A stretch of 64,000 nt of DNA from Mobula hypostoma (taxonomy: Eukaryota): positions 15,500,001-15,564,000 of the forward strand of contig NC_086108.1 of NCBI RefSeq assembly GCF_963921235.1, given 5' to 3'. The notes beneath the pieces were generated by a model. It was not told the origin of the DNA, did no database searches, and saw only the letters and a program-made list of their open reading frames with translations. The translations under genes were made by a program, and so were the position numbers. Of this stretch, positions 48,101 to 61,074 are shown one piece after another (within the stretch, counting starts at the first letter, position 1; each line of letters begins with the position of its first letter).

Positions 48101-49345
48101 TAGCCATGTGTTAAACTGTATGATCTTCCTACTTGTTCTCACTAACATGTAGCATGAGTTGCAATCCCGAGATCACAACCCAGGAGGTCCTGTCCTTTAA
48201 CCTAGCACCTAACTCCCTGAAACACACATAAAAGTTGCTGGTGAACGCAGCAGGCCAGGCAGCATCTGTAGGAAGAGGTGCAGTCGACATTTCGGGCCGA
48301 GACCCTTCGTTAGAACTAACTGAAGGAAGAGTGAGTAAGATCCGCTCAGGGGATCTCCCATCCACTGCTACCAACCTTATAGTTCCCACACCCCGCACTT
48401 CCCGTTTCTACCTCCTACCCAAGATCCACAAACCTGCCTGTCCTGGCCGACCTATTGTCTCAGCTTGCTCCTGCCCCACCGAACTCGTTTCTGCATTTCT
48501 ACAGCAACTTTTATGTGTGTTACTTGAATTTCCAGCATCTGCAGAATTCCTGTTGTTTGCACCTAACTCCCTGAACTCACTTTGCTGAATCTTGTCACTT
48601 TTCCTACCCATGCCATTGGTAGCTATAAGGACCATGATCTCTGGCTGCTCACTTTCCCACTCAAGTACGCTGAGGACTCAATCTGAGATATCCCGGATTC
48701 TTGTATCCGGGGGCAACGTACCGTCTGGGAATCTCATACTCATCCACAGAACCTCCTTCCTGTTCTCTTAACTAACGATTCCCCTATCACCACAGCTCAC
48801 CTCTTCACTCTCCCTTGCTTTCGGAGTCATAGAGCCAGACTCAATGCCAGAGACCTGACTACTGTGACTTTCCTCTGCGTGGTTATCCCCCTCAACAATT
48901 ATACCTGCTTTTTAAACCCCTTTCTCCTTCCTGACTGTCACCCAGTTTCCTGTGTCCTGCGCCTTGGGTGTAACTTCCTCTCTATCATCCCTTCAGCCTC
49001 CTGAATGATCCAAGTTCATCCAGTTACAGCTCCGACTTGATTACATGAAGTGTTAGAAGCTGCAGCTGGATGCACTTCTCGCAGGTGTAGTAGTCAGAGA
49101 CAGTGAAGGTCTCCCTGTCTTTCCACATCCCGCAAGAGGAGCATTTAACTATCCTGCCTGGTATCCCTACTGTCCAACTGTGCAAATATAAAGAAGGAAA
49201 ACATACATAAACTGGAGAAAAAAATTACCTGCAGTATTTTTGCCTTCTGTTACTGAAGCTCACTCACTGAAGCCTCAAAGATCTAAAGCCTCAAAATCTC
49301 CACTCTAAGACTGTTCACTCCAACAAAGGCTGCTCTGCTTGCCCC
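45145..49345 (-). mobile_element. Near full-length decayed CR1 LINE (ORF1 esterase-like + ORF2 endonuclease/RT)
   Basis: RT ORFs 45802-46581. Endonuclease LSCIYFNARSIVGK...IGETWL (47463-47957). ORF1 ATNGMGRKSD...EFRELG|ARLKDRTSWVVISGL across the PLE insert. CEKCIQLQLL-type zinc-finger remnant near 49050-49090. Confidence 0.9.
48222..48558. mobile_element. Compact rearranged Penelope-like insertion
   Basis: Inverted terminus (48222-48339), then a + strand RT fragment ([11 protein letters not shown], 48340-48500), then a + strand extreme 3' end. 17-bp TSD GCACCTAACTCCCTGAA at 48205-48221 and 48559-48575. Confidence 0.92.
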
Positions 49346-49383
49346 TGCCTTGTCTTGATTTTGTTCTTGTCGATCAATCCCTA

Positions 49384-49610
49384 TCGCTTATTAGCTGCTG
49401 CTCAAAACACCAAACTGCCGTGCATCAATGCCTTATGTACTCAATTGGTGAACCTGAGTGAGCTACATCTTCTTACATTTTGGATTGCTGATTGCCACTG
49501 CTCAAAACACCAAACTGCCATGAATCAATGCCATGTGTACTCAATCGGCAAACTTAAGTGAGCTATGTCTTCTCACAATTCAGATCGCTGATTGTTGTTG
49601 CTCAAAACAA
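49384..49610. repeat. 100-bp tandem repeat, ~2.3 copies
   Basis: CTCAAAACA recurs at 49401, 49501 and 49601 with colinear similarity between units. Confidence 0.9.
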
Positions 49611-50419
49611 CTCAAGGATTCACTAAGTAGTTTCAAAATATAAACTTAATTACTCTTTAGTTACACAATTCATGTAACTGTTCCACAGTCTCCAAAATTC
49701 ATTGTCTGTTCAGTTATTACCTGCTCTAGATTAAACTGGCCAGGTTCTACGTGGCAAGTTCTTCTCCAAGTCAGAGTCTTGAGGTTTTCTTCTGCAATCT
49801 GCAACTATTGCTGTTAGCTGTAGAAGGACCTTTTTATACATTGTAAAATTTGAAGATATTGCTTTGATTTTTTTAGTCAATCTAATGGTTAAAAGTTAAT
49901 TTCTTTGCTATCTATATCTGTATACACATACACGCACACGTACTTTCAAATTCTTGCTGATTCACATACTCACCTTAGCCACCTGGTTTGTAATTATCAG
50001 ACTTTAGATTGGTACTGTGCTGTCCCTGATACACAGTTTCTCAAAATTATCTGTGACTCTTGTTATCAGGAAAAATGGAGGAAAACACAGTGCTGTAAAG
50101 TTGATTCGTGGAAAATTACAACAGCTATGTCCCAATGCTGACCCTGACCAGATGTTCAAATGTCAGTGTGACCCCACTTCAAATGGTCCCTTCATGTTGA
50201 TCAAGTCTCTTGTTGTTTTCAGTTCTTCCACTTAACTATTTCTTATCTCCTCAGCTGTCTACAGACTGGTAGGTGAGGCAGATTGGAGCGGCAGGGAGAT
50301 GAAATCAGAGTATGTGTGCAAATTGATGTGTTTTCAGGTGATGTGGCTAAGGGAAAGAAAGCTTTTACTGGGGGTGATTCTTTGTCCATGATCAAGTGTG
50401 TTTATTTAACCAATTCTTT

Positions 50420-52520
50420 AGCCACCTGGACACTGGCAAGGTCAGTAGTTACTGTCGTTCCCTCTTGCCCTTCTGAAGGTAGTGGTAGACTGCCACCCTG
50501 AACTACTGCAGTCCCTCTGGTGAAGATGCTCCCTCAAGGTTATCAGGGAAGGGAGCTTCATGATTTACTCCATTGGATCATACAGCACAGCTTCAGCCCA
50601 ACTCATCCAGACTGACCAAGATGCCTATCTACATGTAAATTTGCCTGAATTTGGTACATATCCTGCAAAACCTCTCCTGTCTATGTACTTGTCCAAATGT
50701 CTTTTACATGTTGGAACTGTACCCGCTTCTATCACCAGCTTCGGAGCTCATTCCACATACCTATCACCCTCTCAGATCCTCTAAAATTTTCCCCTTTCAC
50801 CTGAACCCTCTGCATCAAAAACGATACACCCTACCCTGGGAAAAAGGCTTAAAATATCTACCCTCAATTTTATAAATCTCTGCCAGGTCATCCCTTAGCC
50901 TCCTTCACACCAGGGAAAACAGTCTTGGTCTATCCAAACTCTTATAACTCAAATCTGCCAGTCTAACATTCTCTAGTTTAATCACATCCATCCCATATGT
51001 GGCAACCAGAACTGCATATGCTGTTCAAGTGCAGCAAACCAATGATTTGTACAACTGTAACAACTCCTGTACTCAATGCCTTTGCAAGCATTTAAGGCAA
51101 GCATACCCAATGCTGCCTTCACCATTCTGTCTAACTGTGTTGCTATTTACAGTGAAGTATGTACTTGTACCCCAAGGCCTAACAGTTCAACAACCATGTA
51201 TGTCCTAGTCTGGTTTAATTTCCCAACATGCATTGCATTTTACTTATCTGAGTTAAATTGTGCCTGCCATTCCCTTACCCATTTTTCTTGCTGATCTAGA
51301 TCCTGTTGGAACCTAGACAATCTTCTTCACTGACCAATATACCACCAATTTTAGTGTCATCATGCCACGTATTCTCTTCCAAGTCATCAGTGTATATGAG
51401 GAACAATAAAGGATCCAGTACTGAACCCTAAGGCTCACAGAACTTGTGCAATAAAGACCTGGAACAGACTGACCTTGGAGAGTATGGCAGAACAGTGACC
51501 TGGAGGTGTAAGTCCATAGTTCCCTGCAAGTGGAGACATACAGTAGGTGAAGAGGGTGGTGAAATGGTTTTTGACATGATTACCTTCATCGTGTTGACAA
51601 TGTCCACTGTACTACCCTCGTTAGTCACAGTCACTCTCACCTCACCCCTGGAATTCAACTGTTTGGTCCACATTTGGACTTGAGTCCAAATGAGATCTGG
51701 GGTGGAGCAGTCCAGGTGAAACTCAAATTTGGTATAGCTGAGTAAGTTAACATAGATTCATACAACATGAAGACAGGCCCTTTATTACAACTGGTCTATG
51801 CCATTCAAGATTCCCATCTAAGCTTGTCCCATTTACCTGTATTTGGCCCATATCTCTCTAAACCTTTCCTATCCAAGTACCTTTAAAATGTTGTTAATAT
51901 ATCCACTTCAGCCACTTCCTCTGGCAGTTTATTCCATAAGCTGACCATCCTTTGGATGAAAAATTTGCTCCTCAGATTCCTGTTAACTCTCTCCCCATCT
52001 CCTTAAGTTTATGCCCTCTGGTTCGTGATTCTCTAATCCTGGGAATGAGACTGTATATCTTTACCCCTCATCATTTTATATACTTCTATAAGATTACCCC
52101 TCATTCTCCTAAGTGACAGTGAAAAAGCTTCCAAACTTTCTGTAGCTCAATCCCTCGAGTCCTAGCAATATCCTCGTAAATTTCCACTGTACTCTTTACA
52201 ACTTAATGGCATTGTTTCCTCTAACAAGATGACCAGAAATGAACACAATATTTCAAACCCAGCTTCATCTACATCTTGTACATCTGCAACATTGCCTCCT
52301 AGCTTCTATATTCTGTGCCTTGACAGATGGAGGCCAGTGTGCCAGCAGCCTTCTTCACCACAATGTCTTCCTGCAACACCAGTTTCAGGGAACCACGTCC
52401 CTTTGTTCTGCAGGATCCCTCATGGCCGTACCATACTCTCATTTGTTTTCACATTTAGCCGAATTAAACTCCAATTGCCATTGCTGATCAAGATCCATAT
52501 TTACCGTTGGTGTTATAACT
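50420..52520 (-). mobile_element. Cluster of old CR1-type fragments (50575-51440, 51750-52520 and older pieces)
   Basis: Repeated reverse CR1 tails (tttggcccatatc...aaacctttcctatcc) and decayed RT remnants. Confidence 0.7.
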
Positions 52521-53514
52521 GAACTGGAACATTTTGGCTAGAGGAGCTGCTAGTTTTGGAGCACAAATCTTCAGTATTTATATCTGGATTGTTGCCTTTG
52601 CTGCATCCTGTGCTCTCAGCTGTTTCTTGATAAGTGAAGTAAACCAAATAGGCTGATTTATAAAACTGAAGTTCCAGAGGATGTGAAATCATTGTGAAAG
52701 AAATGGTGGAGTTCCAGGCAATCTGTGTAGTCTGTGGATAGTGGCTGACTATTAGTAGCTCTTGGTTTATGGGGATGGACCTGCTTAGAGTCAGTATTTG
52801 TTTCTGGAAGGAACTCTGAGCTATTTTGAAAGTGCTGTTGTCATCTGTACTGGCATGAGAATAGTCATCAGGTATGCTGGGTAAAGTTGAAAGCAAGTTT
52901 GAAGGTGGCTGGATAAACATTAAACTGGGTGAACATGATCCTAACTGTCTAGGAGGTAGTGGCGAGGCATCAGAAGGCAAAGGTAGGTTGCAGACAGATC
53001 AAGCTAAAGAAAGATTAAGGCAAATATTTCAGAATGTCAGGGTTTCCATCATTTTCTCTTTATTTCTGACATGCAGCGTCAGCAGTATTTTGCTTTTGGA
53101 TTACAGCAATATTGGTAGAAAGGCATATCTGGAAGTAGGGATGCCCCTTTCTCTGGTTTTCCATACATCTCCTGTGTTTGCCTTCACTGGTTTTGGTTTC
53201 CCTTACTTTTGAAGGGTTGTCATTTTGCACAGTGACTTAAATCAGGGTTGCTTTGGTCCTGTGGCAGAAGAGAAACTAGACTGAAATGGTTCAAGCAAGG
53301 AAGACCGTTGGTTTAGAAAACTAATGGATTCAAGGACTTTAGAGAGAAGGGGAAGCTGGAGATGTGGTCTTAGTCTACAAGAGATGAGGGTATTGTTGAT
53401 CAGAGAGTGACAATAGAAAATTTGAAGAAGGGGAGCATAAGCCCTGAGGAAAAAGAAAAAGTAGCCTATAATCATCATGGTCAACTATGCATGGAACCAA
53501 AAATCAGGGTGGCG

Positions 53515-53738
53515 GGGGGAATGTCGACTCAGACCATGAGAGGCCTGTGTCGGGCATTTTCATGCCTTACAAGGCGCAGATAGGAAGTCTGTGTGGGGCG
53601 CCACTCCTTGCACAGACTACAGCAATGTGTGATTAAGTGCCTTGCTCAAGGACCCAAACACGCTGCCACTGCTGAGGCTCGACTAGTGACCTTCAAATCA
53701 CTAGATGAACGCCTTAACCACTTGGCTATGTGCCCAAC
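53515..53738 (-). mobile_element. tRNA-derived SINE
   Basis: Minus strand starts gttgggcacaTAGCCAAGTGGttaaggcg (A box), has a degenerate B box (agtcgagcc), then gtccttgagcaaggcacttaa. Confidence 0.75.
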
Positions 53739-53749
53739 AATGATCATCT

Positions 53750-55580
53750 GTGTATGGAGCCAAAAGAGATGGGGGAAGATCTTAAATGGAGTCTAAAAAC
53801 AAAGACAAAAGAGTAGTGAGCTCATGGGCCATAGCTGGATTGCATAAGAGATGGTCTTTGCTGTCTTGAGGCAAATTAGGGTGAATAAATCCCCAGAGCC
53901 TGACAAGGCCCTTAAATCTTGTCAGAAGCTAATGCAGAAATTTCAGTGGCCCCAGTAGAGGTTTTAAACAATCCTTAGCTATAGGTGAGGTTTCAGAGGA
54001 CTTGAGGATAGCTAATGTTCTGTGGTTTGAGGAAGGCGCTAAGAATAAGCCAGGAGATTATAGGCCAGTGAACCTGACATCAGTAGTTAGTAAATTATTG
54101 GAAGATATTCTAAGGAACAGGATTTTTTAGTATTTGGATAGACAGGACCATATTAGGAATAGCCAACATGGCTTTGTGCATGGTAGGTCATATCTAACCA
54201 AACTTAGAGTTTTTTTTAGAAGAGGTTACCAGGAAAATTGAAGGATTATTCAGTTTACATTGTCTACATGGACTTTAGTAAGACATTTGACAAGGTCCTG
54301 GATGGAAGGCTGGTCAAGAAGGTTCGGTTGCTTTGCATTCAGGATGAGGTAGTAAATTGCATTAGACATTGGCTTTGCAGGAGAAGCCGGAGAGTGATAG
54401 TAGATAGTTGCCTCACTGACTGGAGGCTTATGACTAGTGGTGTGCCACCAGGATCAGTGCTGGGTCCGTTGTTGTTTGCCTTCTATATCTAGAATCTGGA
54501 TGATAATGTGGTAAACTACATCAGCAAATTTGCAGATGACACCAAGATTTGGGGTATAGTGGACAGTGAAGAAGGCTTTCACAGCTTGTGTCGGGATCTG
54601 GACCAGCTGGAATAATGGGCTGAAAAATGGCAGATGGAAATTAATGCAGAAAAGTGCAAGGTTTTGCACTTTGAGAGGACTAACTAAGCTAGGATTTGTA
54701 CAGTAAACGATAGGGCAATGAGGAGTGTAGTAGAACCAAGGAGTCTGGGAATAAAGATCTATTATTCCTTGAAAGTGGTGTCACAGGTAGGTAGGGTCGT
54801 AAAGAAAGCTTTTGGCACTTAGCCTTCATAAATCAAAGTATTAAGTACAGGAGTTGGGATGTTATGTGGAAGTTGTATAAGATGTTTGTGTGGCCTAATT
54901 TGGAATATTATGTGCAGTTCTGGCCACTTACCTAGAGGAAAGATATCAATAAGATTGAAAGAATGCAGAGAAAATTTACAAGCATGTTGCCAGGACTTGA
55001 GAACCTGAGTTATAAGGAAAGATTGAATAGGTTAGGACTCTTTTTAAGAGGCTTCTGGATAGCTATATAGAGCTTCGAAAAATAGAGGGCTTATGGGTAA
55101 CCCCAGGTAATTTCTAAAGTAAGTACATGTTCGGCACAGCATTGTGGGCTGAAGGGCCTGTATTGTGCTGTAGGTTTTCTATGTTTATTCCCCTAGCACG
55201 TAGGAGAATGAGAGGAAGATTTGATGGAGATACTGTATGCAAAATTATGAAGAGTACAGACGGGGTGAATGAAAGCAGGATTTTTCCACTGAGGTTAAGT
55301 GAGTCTAGAATTAGAGGTAATAGGTTAAGGATAAAAGATGAAACATTTACGGAAACCTGAGGGGGAACTTCTTCACTCAGAATGTGGAAAGAATGCCCAG
55401 CAGAAGTGGTGGGTTCAAGTTTGATTGCAACATTTAAGAGAAGTTTGGATAAGTACACGGATGGGAGGGGAATGGGTGTCTATGGTCCAGGTGTGGGTCA
55501 ATGGGACTAGGCAGAATAACAGTATGGCATGGGTTAGATGGGCTGAAGGGTCTATTTCTGTGCTGTAATACTCTGTGACT
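53750..55580 (+). mobile_element. CR1 LINE, decayed, with a nested CR1 tail (~55040-55185)
   Basis: VYMDFSKTFDKV...[14 protein letters not shown] (ORF 54238-54492) and KFADDTK. Two CR1 tails. Confidence 0.9.
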
Positions 55581-56664
55581 ATATCGTTTAACATGGGGAT
55601 TGGGAGAAGAAATGAGACAGTTCTTGATTAACATGGAGTAGAACAAGTAGGCCAGGAGGTATGTCTTGATATGATTATTAGGAGTTAAAAGGGCTTTCTT
55701 CACACTGTGAGACTGCATTTTGATCATCTGCAATCCAATAACCGGAAACATTTCTAAGAAATGGGAGAGGCAATGGATGAATTTGAGTGCATGTGATAGA
55801 TCTACTAACCTGCAAGCGTATGTAGGTCAGTGATGGTGAATAGTGTGAGAAGTGAATGAAAGGATAGTGTGGAGTGCTAATGCAATATGTGAGAGAGTAT
55901 TAAGATAGAGCTCCATTCACCATGCTCTCTCCATGCTGCAGTACTGGGGCTTGGGATTTAAGCTTGGGAGGGAAGTGTTGAAGAGATGATCCAGAAGTGT
56001 AGAAGGTAGTTAGTCATAAAGCAGTACAGTTTAGATACAGGCCCTTTGGCCCAACCCGTCCATGCTGACCACAGCATCCAGCTAGTCCCAGTTTCGTGCA
56101 TTTGCCCTTATCACCCTAAACCCTGCCGTGTACCTATCCAAATGGTTCTTAAATAATATTGTTCTACCTGCCTCAATTACTTCCTCTGGTAACTCGTTCC
56201 AAATACTCATCACCCTCTGCGTGAAAAAGTTGTTTGGAATAGTCTTACTTGATGGAGAGGTGGGATGACTCAGCCAGATATTGCTGAAAATGACCATTAA
56301 CCACTTGACCTCAGTAATCCCAGCCATCACTCTCAAAATCTTTCTCTTTGTTACACGTCTGTGAACAAGACTAACAGAAAGGTAGCACTGAACCTTCCAA
56401 TAATTTCCTTCATGGTTGGATTCATAGGACGCAACATACATAACCATATTAACTTTATGGTTTTGATGTGTGGTTCCACTTTGTCAGGATTCCTTTGATG
56501 CTTGTTCCTCTCTGATTATCTGCTCCTTTACTTCCTTCTTTACTGTTCAATTCCCTCTCCTAAGTCTGATAATTCTTTATCTACGTTGATCTGCCTCATG
56601 ATCTGCTTTAGAATCCCTGTAATTCCGACAGTTTCCTGACCTCCCTCCCTTGATTAGCTGGAAT

Positions 56665-56900
56665 ACTGTTGCAGTGGCAGAGTGGTGCCTCATAGCTCCA
56701 GCAACCTAGGTTCAACCCTGACCTAAGGTGCTGTCTGTGTGAAGCTTTTATGTTCTTCATGTGAGATTCCTTTGGATACTCCGGTTTCCTCCCAAAGATG
56801 CGGATTGATTGATTAATTGACATTGTAAATTTTACCTCGTGTAAGTTTATGGCAGAAGAATCAGTATTGCCAGTCAATGAAGATGTGAACGAGAATAGGT
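56665..56900 (+). mobile_element. V-SINE (HE1-like)
   Basis: tRNA-like head (gcctcatagctccagcaacctaGGTTCAACCC) followed by V-domain-like ggatactccggtttcctcccaaagatg. Confidence 0.7.
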
Positions 56901-57351
56901 TACAGAGAAACTGTGAACAAATAGGTGAGATTGGTTTGTTTGAGAATCAGAATAGACCCAATAGCCTTCTATCTTGCAAAAAAAGGAGAAATAATATTCC
57001 CTTCACAAGGACACCTGGCTGAGTTATCCCATCTATAACTATTCCTAACACTGCTCTCACTTCGATCAATATCATGCATATATGCATGAGGCTAACTATT
57101 TGGCTTTCTTACTTAACGAAAGGTTTCTTCTTGAAAGTTACTGCACTGTCTTTCCCAACAATGTTCCACTCACTGTTTGAAAACTTCCCAGCATCTACCC
57201 TTTCCAGTTTTAACCCTTCTCACTCCACTCTGCTTTAGCACCTTTAACATCTCAAGGTGTGAGATAAATATTATCAATCCTGAACCACACGAGGTGTTAG
57301 ACCAGGTGGCTGAAAGCTCCTCCATAGCGACTAGTTTCGCCATGTGTTTTA

Positions 57352-57675
57352 AAACATAGACCATACAATAGTACAGCACATTACAGGCCCTTCGGCCCAT
57401 AATGTTGTGCCGACCCTTAAACCCTGCCTCCCATATAACCCCCCACCTTAAATCCCTCCATATACCTGTCTAGTAGTCTCTTAAATTTCACTAGTGTATC
57501 TGCCTCCACCACTGACTCAGGCAGTGCATTCCACGCACCAACTACTCTCTGAGTAAAAAAACCTTCCTCTAATATCCCCCTTGAACTTCCCACCTCTTAC
57601 CTTAAAGCCGTGTCCTTTACATAGAACATAGACGTTTACAGCACATTACAGGCCCTTCAGCTAACAATGTTGTAG
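57352..57675 (-). mobile_element. Two adjacent CR1 3' ends (first is the same young subfamily as 27986-29637)
   Basis: 57352-57615 is a close reverse complement of 29365-29630. A second tail lies at 57620-57672. Confidence 0.9.
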
Positions 57676-57789
57676 AGGAGGGAAGAGAGGCAGGGAGGTA
57701 TTGGGAATAAGTTGAGTGCTTGGGCTTTAGTAGGTGAGGCACGGCTGACAGAGATATAAGTTCACTGACCAGTAAATATAAGCTGTTTT

Positions 57790-58370
57790 TTTATTGTCAC
57801 GTGTACTGAGGTACAATGAAAATGATCGTTCTATAGCATTAATGCATCAGGATAATACAATGGAAAACAATTGTATGGAGTGTTACAGTTTCAGAGAAAG
57901 TACAGTGTGGGCAGACGATAGGGTGCAAAGCCTTGACAAGGTAGATTGTGAGGTCACAAGTCCATCTTATCGTACTAGGGAACCATTCAACTGTGGGATA
58001 GAAGCTATTCTTGAATCTGGGGGTATGTGCTTTAAAGCTTTTGCATCTTCTGCCTGAGAGGGAGGAGAAAGAGTGTTTGGATGAGCTGGGTCATTGATTG
58101 TGCTGACTGTGTGGCAGAGGGAGTATAGAAGTATAGACAATCCATGAAGGGGAGAGCTTTGTCCACATCTCTCTAGTTTCTTGGGTTCATGGGCAGAGCA
58201 ATTGACATATCAAACATCTGGATAGGATACTTTCTGTGGTACATCAATAAAAGTTAATGATGGTCAAAGGGGATGTGCCATATTTCTTTAGCCTTTTGAG
58301 GAAGTAGAGGTACTGATGCACTTTCTTGGCCTTGGTGTCTGTGTGGTTGACTAGGGCAGGTTTTTGATAA
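57790..58370 (-). mobile_element. Old Rex1-like LINE 3' remnant
   Basis: tttattgtcacgtgtactgaggtacaatgaaa tail and decayed similarity to 20050-20450. Confidence 0.5.
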
Positions 58371-58839
58371 ATGTTCGTATTGTGATTTAGGTACATGTTG
58401 CTGTTGTGCTTACCCAGTACTCTAGATCCTACTATTCAGTTGCAGGCATAAAAAACTCTATAAAATTGGAGTGTGACACTCTGCAAATTGTGTAGGCTGT
58501 AGTGGATAATACACACTGAACACAATGATTAGTTGCAGTTAGGCACTAGCCAGATCCCATCTGTGCTATTGTGTCTAGTCTGGTTACCTAATCATTGAAA
58601 GGATTACAATGCTGTTAATCATTTCCAGTGCAGCACATCACTACATCCCTACTCTTGACTGCTGTGTTCTGTCAGGGTATAAATGTGCAGTATGTTTTTT
58701 CTTACATATTCTCATAGAACTGCTCTTGACAGGATCATTTAATCAGTAATCCTGACTGTACTGTGAGCCTTTGGAAGTGAAGTATTGTATAAATCTCTAG
58801 AAGGAGGCAGAATTGAAATCAGATGTGCTATCACTGACA

Positions 58840-61070
58840 AATGACAATCCTCCAAGATCATCTTCCAATCCAGGGTCCGCACCATGGAACAGATTGAGAT
58901 GTGCTAACGGTTCATCTTCCAAAAGTTTCACAAGGGGAGCTCAGTGATCCTGACCTTAAGAAAGAGGATGGCTTTGTAATATCTTCACAGATGGATATAT
59001 TGAGGATCTTTAGATCCTTCACAGTCAGTCTGTATGACAGAAAGGTCACAGATGCACAGCCTCTAAGAATTTCCTGTCCTCTGTCATGGAGATGTAAGAT
59101 GATAGCAAGCAGGAAAGTCTGGACCAACCACTGACTCTGGAGGAGCTGACTGGCTCCATCCATTCCTTCAGCTCAAATAAAACTCCCAGAAGCAGCAGCT
59201 TACTGGCTGAGTTATATTCGGCTTTGTGAGATTGGATGCTTCTGGCTGGCAGCATGTCAGCTCTATGAGGGAAGGCATCATTGCCCTCTTTTAACAGCAG
59301 AAGGGGGAGAGGGATAACAACAGGAATTGGAAATCCATTTCATTGTTGAATGAAGACTCCAAATTCTGTCCAAAGATGTTGCCAACGTAGTCAGGTCTGC
59401 TCTGAGAAAGCTGATCTACCTAGATCAAATCGGTGCTGTACCTGGCAGGAAGATCTTTGACAGCCTTGCATTGTTTAGGGATATTATCACTAAGTGCAGG
59501 ACTGGGGGCTATATGCCTGTTTGGACCAGGAGGAAGCCTTTGACAGGATATCACACATGTATGTGATGGGCGTGCTCTCCAAAATGGGCACTGGAGAGGG
59601 AATCAGAAGTTGGATCCAACTGGTCTATCCAGACATCTGCAGTACAGTCCAAAACATAACTTCTCCATCAAGTCTGGAGTCATACAGGACTGCCAACTCT
59701 CCCGTCTTGGTTGTATGCTGTATAGAACCCATTGCCAAAGCCATCAGGAAGGATGAGAGCTAAGAGGAGATTTGCCAGGTAGTGGAAGGATGCAGGTAAA
59801 AACCTCCCTATACACTGGCATTGTCACCATCTTCTGTTCAGATCTGAGATTGGTTCGTAGATTGATCAGCACCTGCAATTAGTTTGAGTTGGCATCAGGG
59901 CCAAAGCTTGAAAAGCAAGGCCATACTCTTCAGCAACTGGCCTGACTGATCCAGTGTCCCCTTCACCATTAGCTGAAGGTGCTGGGGATATAGTTCAGAG
60001 GGGCTGAAGCATGCAACAAGATTTGTCCAGAGTGGATTGGAAAGGTAAAACAGAAATTGGGACTATGGGGAAGATGGTCCCTATCGATAACTGAGAAGAA
60101 CCTGGTCATCCTGTGTGAGGTGCTTTCAGGGCTGCTGTACTTGGCCCCATCCCTCACTCCACCAGCTTGGAAATCACTCAAGCTATCTTCAGGTTCATAT
60201 GGGGATCCAAGATGGAGTGAGTCAAATGGGTCACAATGCAGAAAACCCTGGACAACAGGGGAAGAAATGTACCCAATGTCATCCTCACCCTGATGACCAC
60301 CTTTGGGTGTTGGTGCATAAGGCTGTGTGTGGAACCTAAGTACATGGGCATCAAGTACCACTACATGCTGAGGTACTGTCTCTCTCCAGTGTTGTAAAGG
60401 ATGGGCCTGGATTCATTACCATGCAGCATCCAGTCAGCTGGATATTGCTGCATTGCCTGTCCTTTGTGGAAAATTCCTTCCAGACCAACAGCTTTCACCA
60501 TCAGGCAGTGGTCAGCATGGCATATCCTGCAGATGCTGAAGGTCTAGGAATTGATGGACACAGTGGACTGGTTCCCTGTGCTGCTGACTGGCACAGTCCA
60601 GGCTCAGGCCATCCACCAGAATGCCTCATTGCCAGACCTCACCAGTAGTAACTAAGATCTTGTCTGGATGGCGGTGAGATGGGCCCTCGCAGTCAGATCC
60701 TTTCTGCATGCACTCCCTGTGGAATGACTGCAGTGGGGACGAATGATTGATCACTTCTTTGTGGACTATAGGTTCGTGAAGAGGGTGTGGATAAAGATGC
60801 AAGGGTCTGTGTCAATTGTTCATCCCAAGCTGCTGTGTGACAGAAGGCTCTCTGATCTATAGGCTATGCCCAGGGACAGTCTCAGTCTGTCTGTCTGTCT
60901 CTCTCTCTCTCACTCACTCACACGCGCACGAGCATTAAGTGCTGCTGGAAGATCAACTCGGTGAAAAACACCGTTTGATCTGCCTGCAACATGTTGATCC
61001 ACCAGACATTGCACAGTTTATTCTTGTAAATAATTTTAAAATCATGAATAAAGCTTATTTTGATATAAAA
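58840..61070 (+). mobile_element. Tx1/L1-clade LINE, heavily decayed
   Basis: Fragmented frames give KGERDN.RNWKSISLLN, DQIGAVPGRKI.DSL, LDQEEAFDRISH and CCIEP. 3' end atgaataaagcttattttgatataaaa. Confidence 0.8.
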
Positions 61071-61074
61071 TGTT

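Noticed and set aside
49384..49610. CRISPR-like array
   Set aside because: Whole units are similar along their length with no unique spacers. The context is eukaryotic and no cas genes are present.
53660..53738. tRNA gene
   Set aside because: A box present, but the B box is damaged and the sequence runs into a SINE body with no cloverleaf 3' end.
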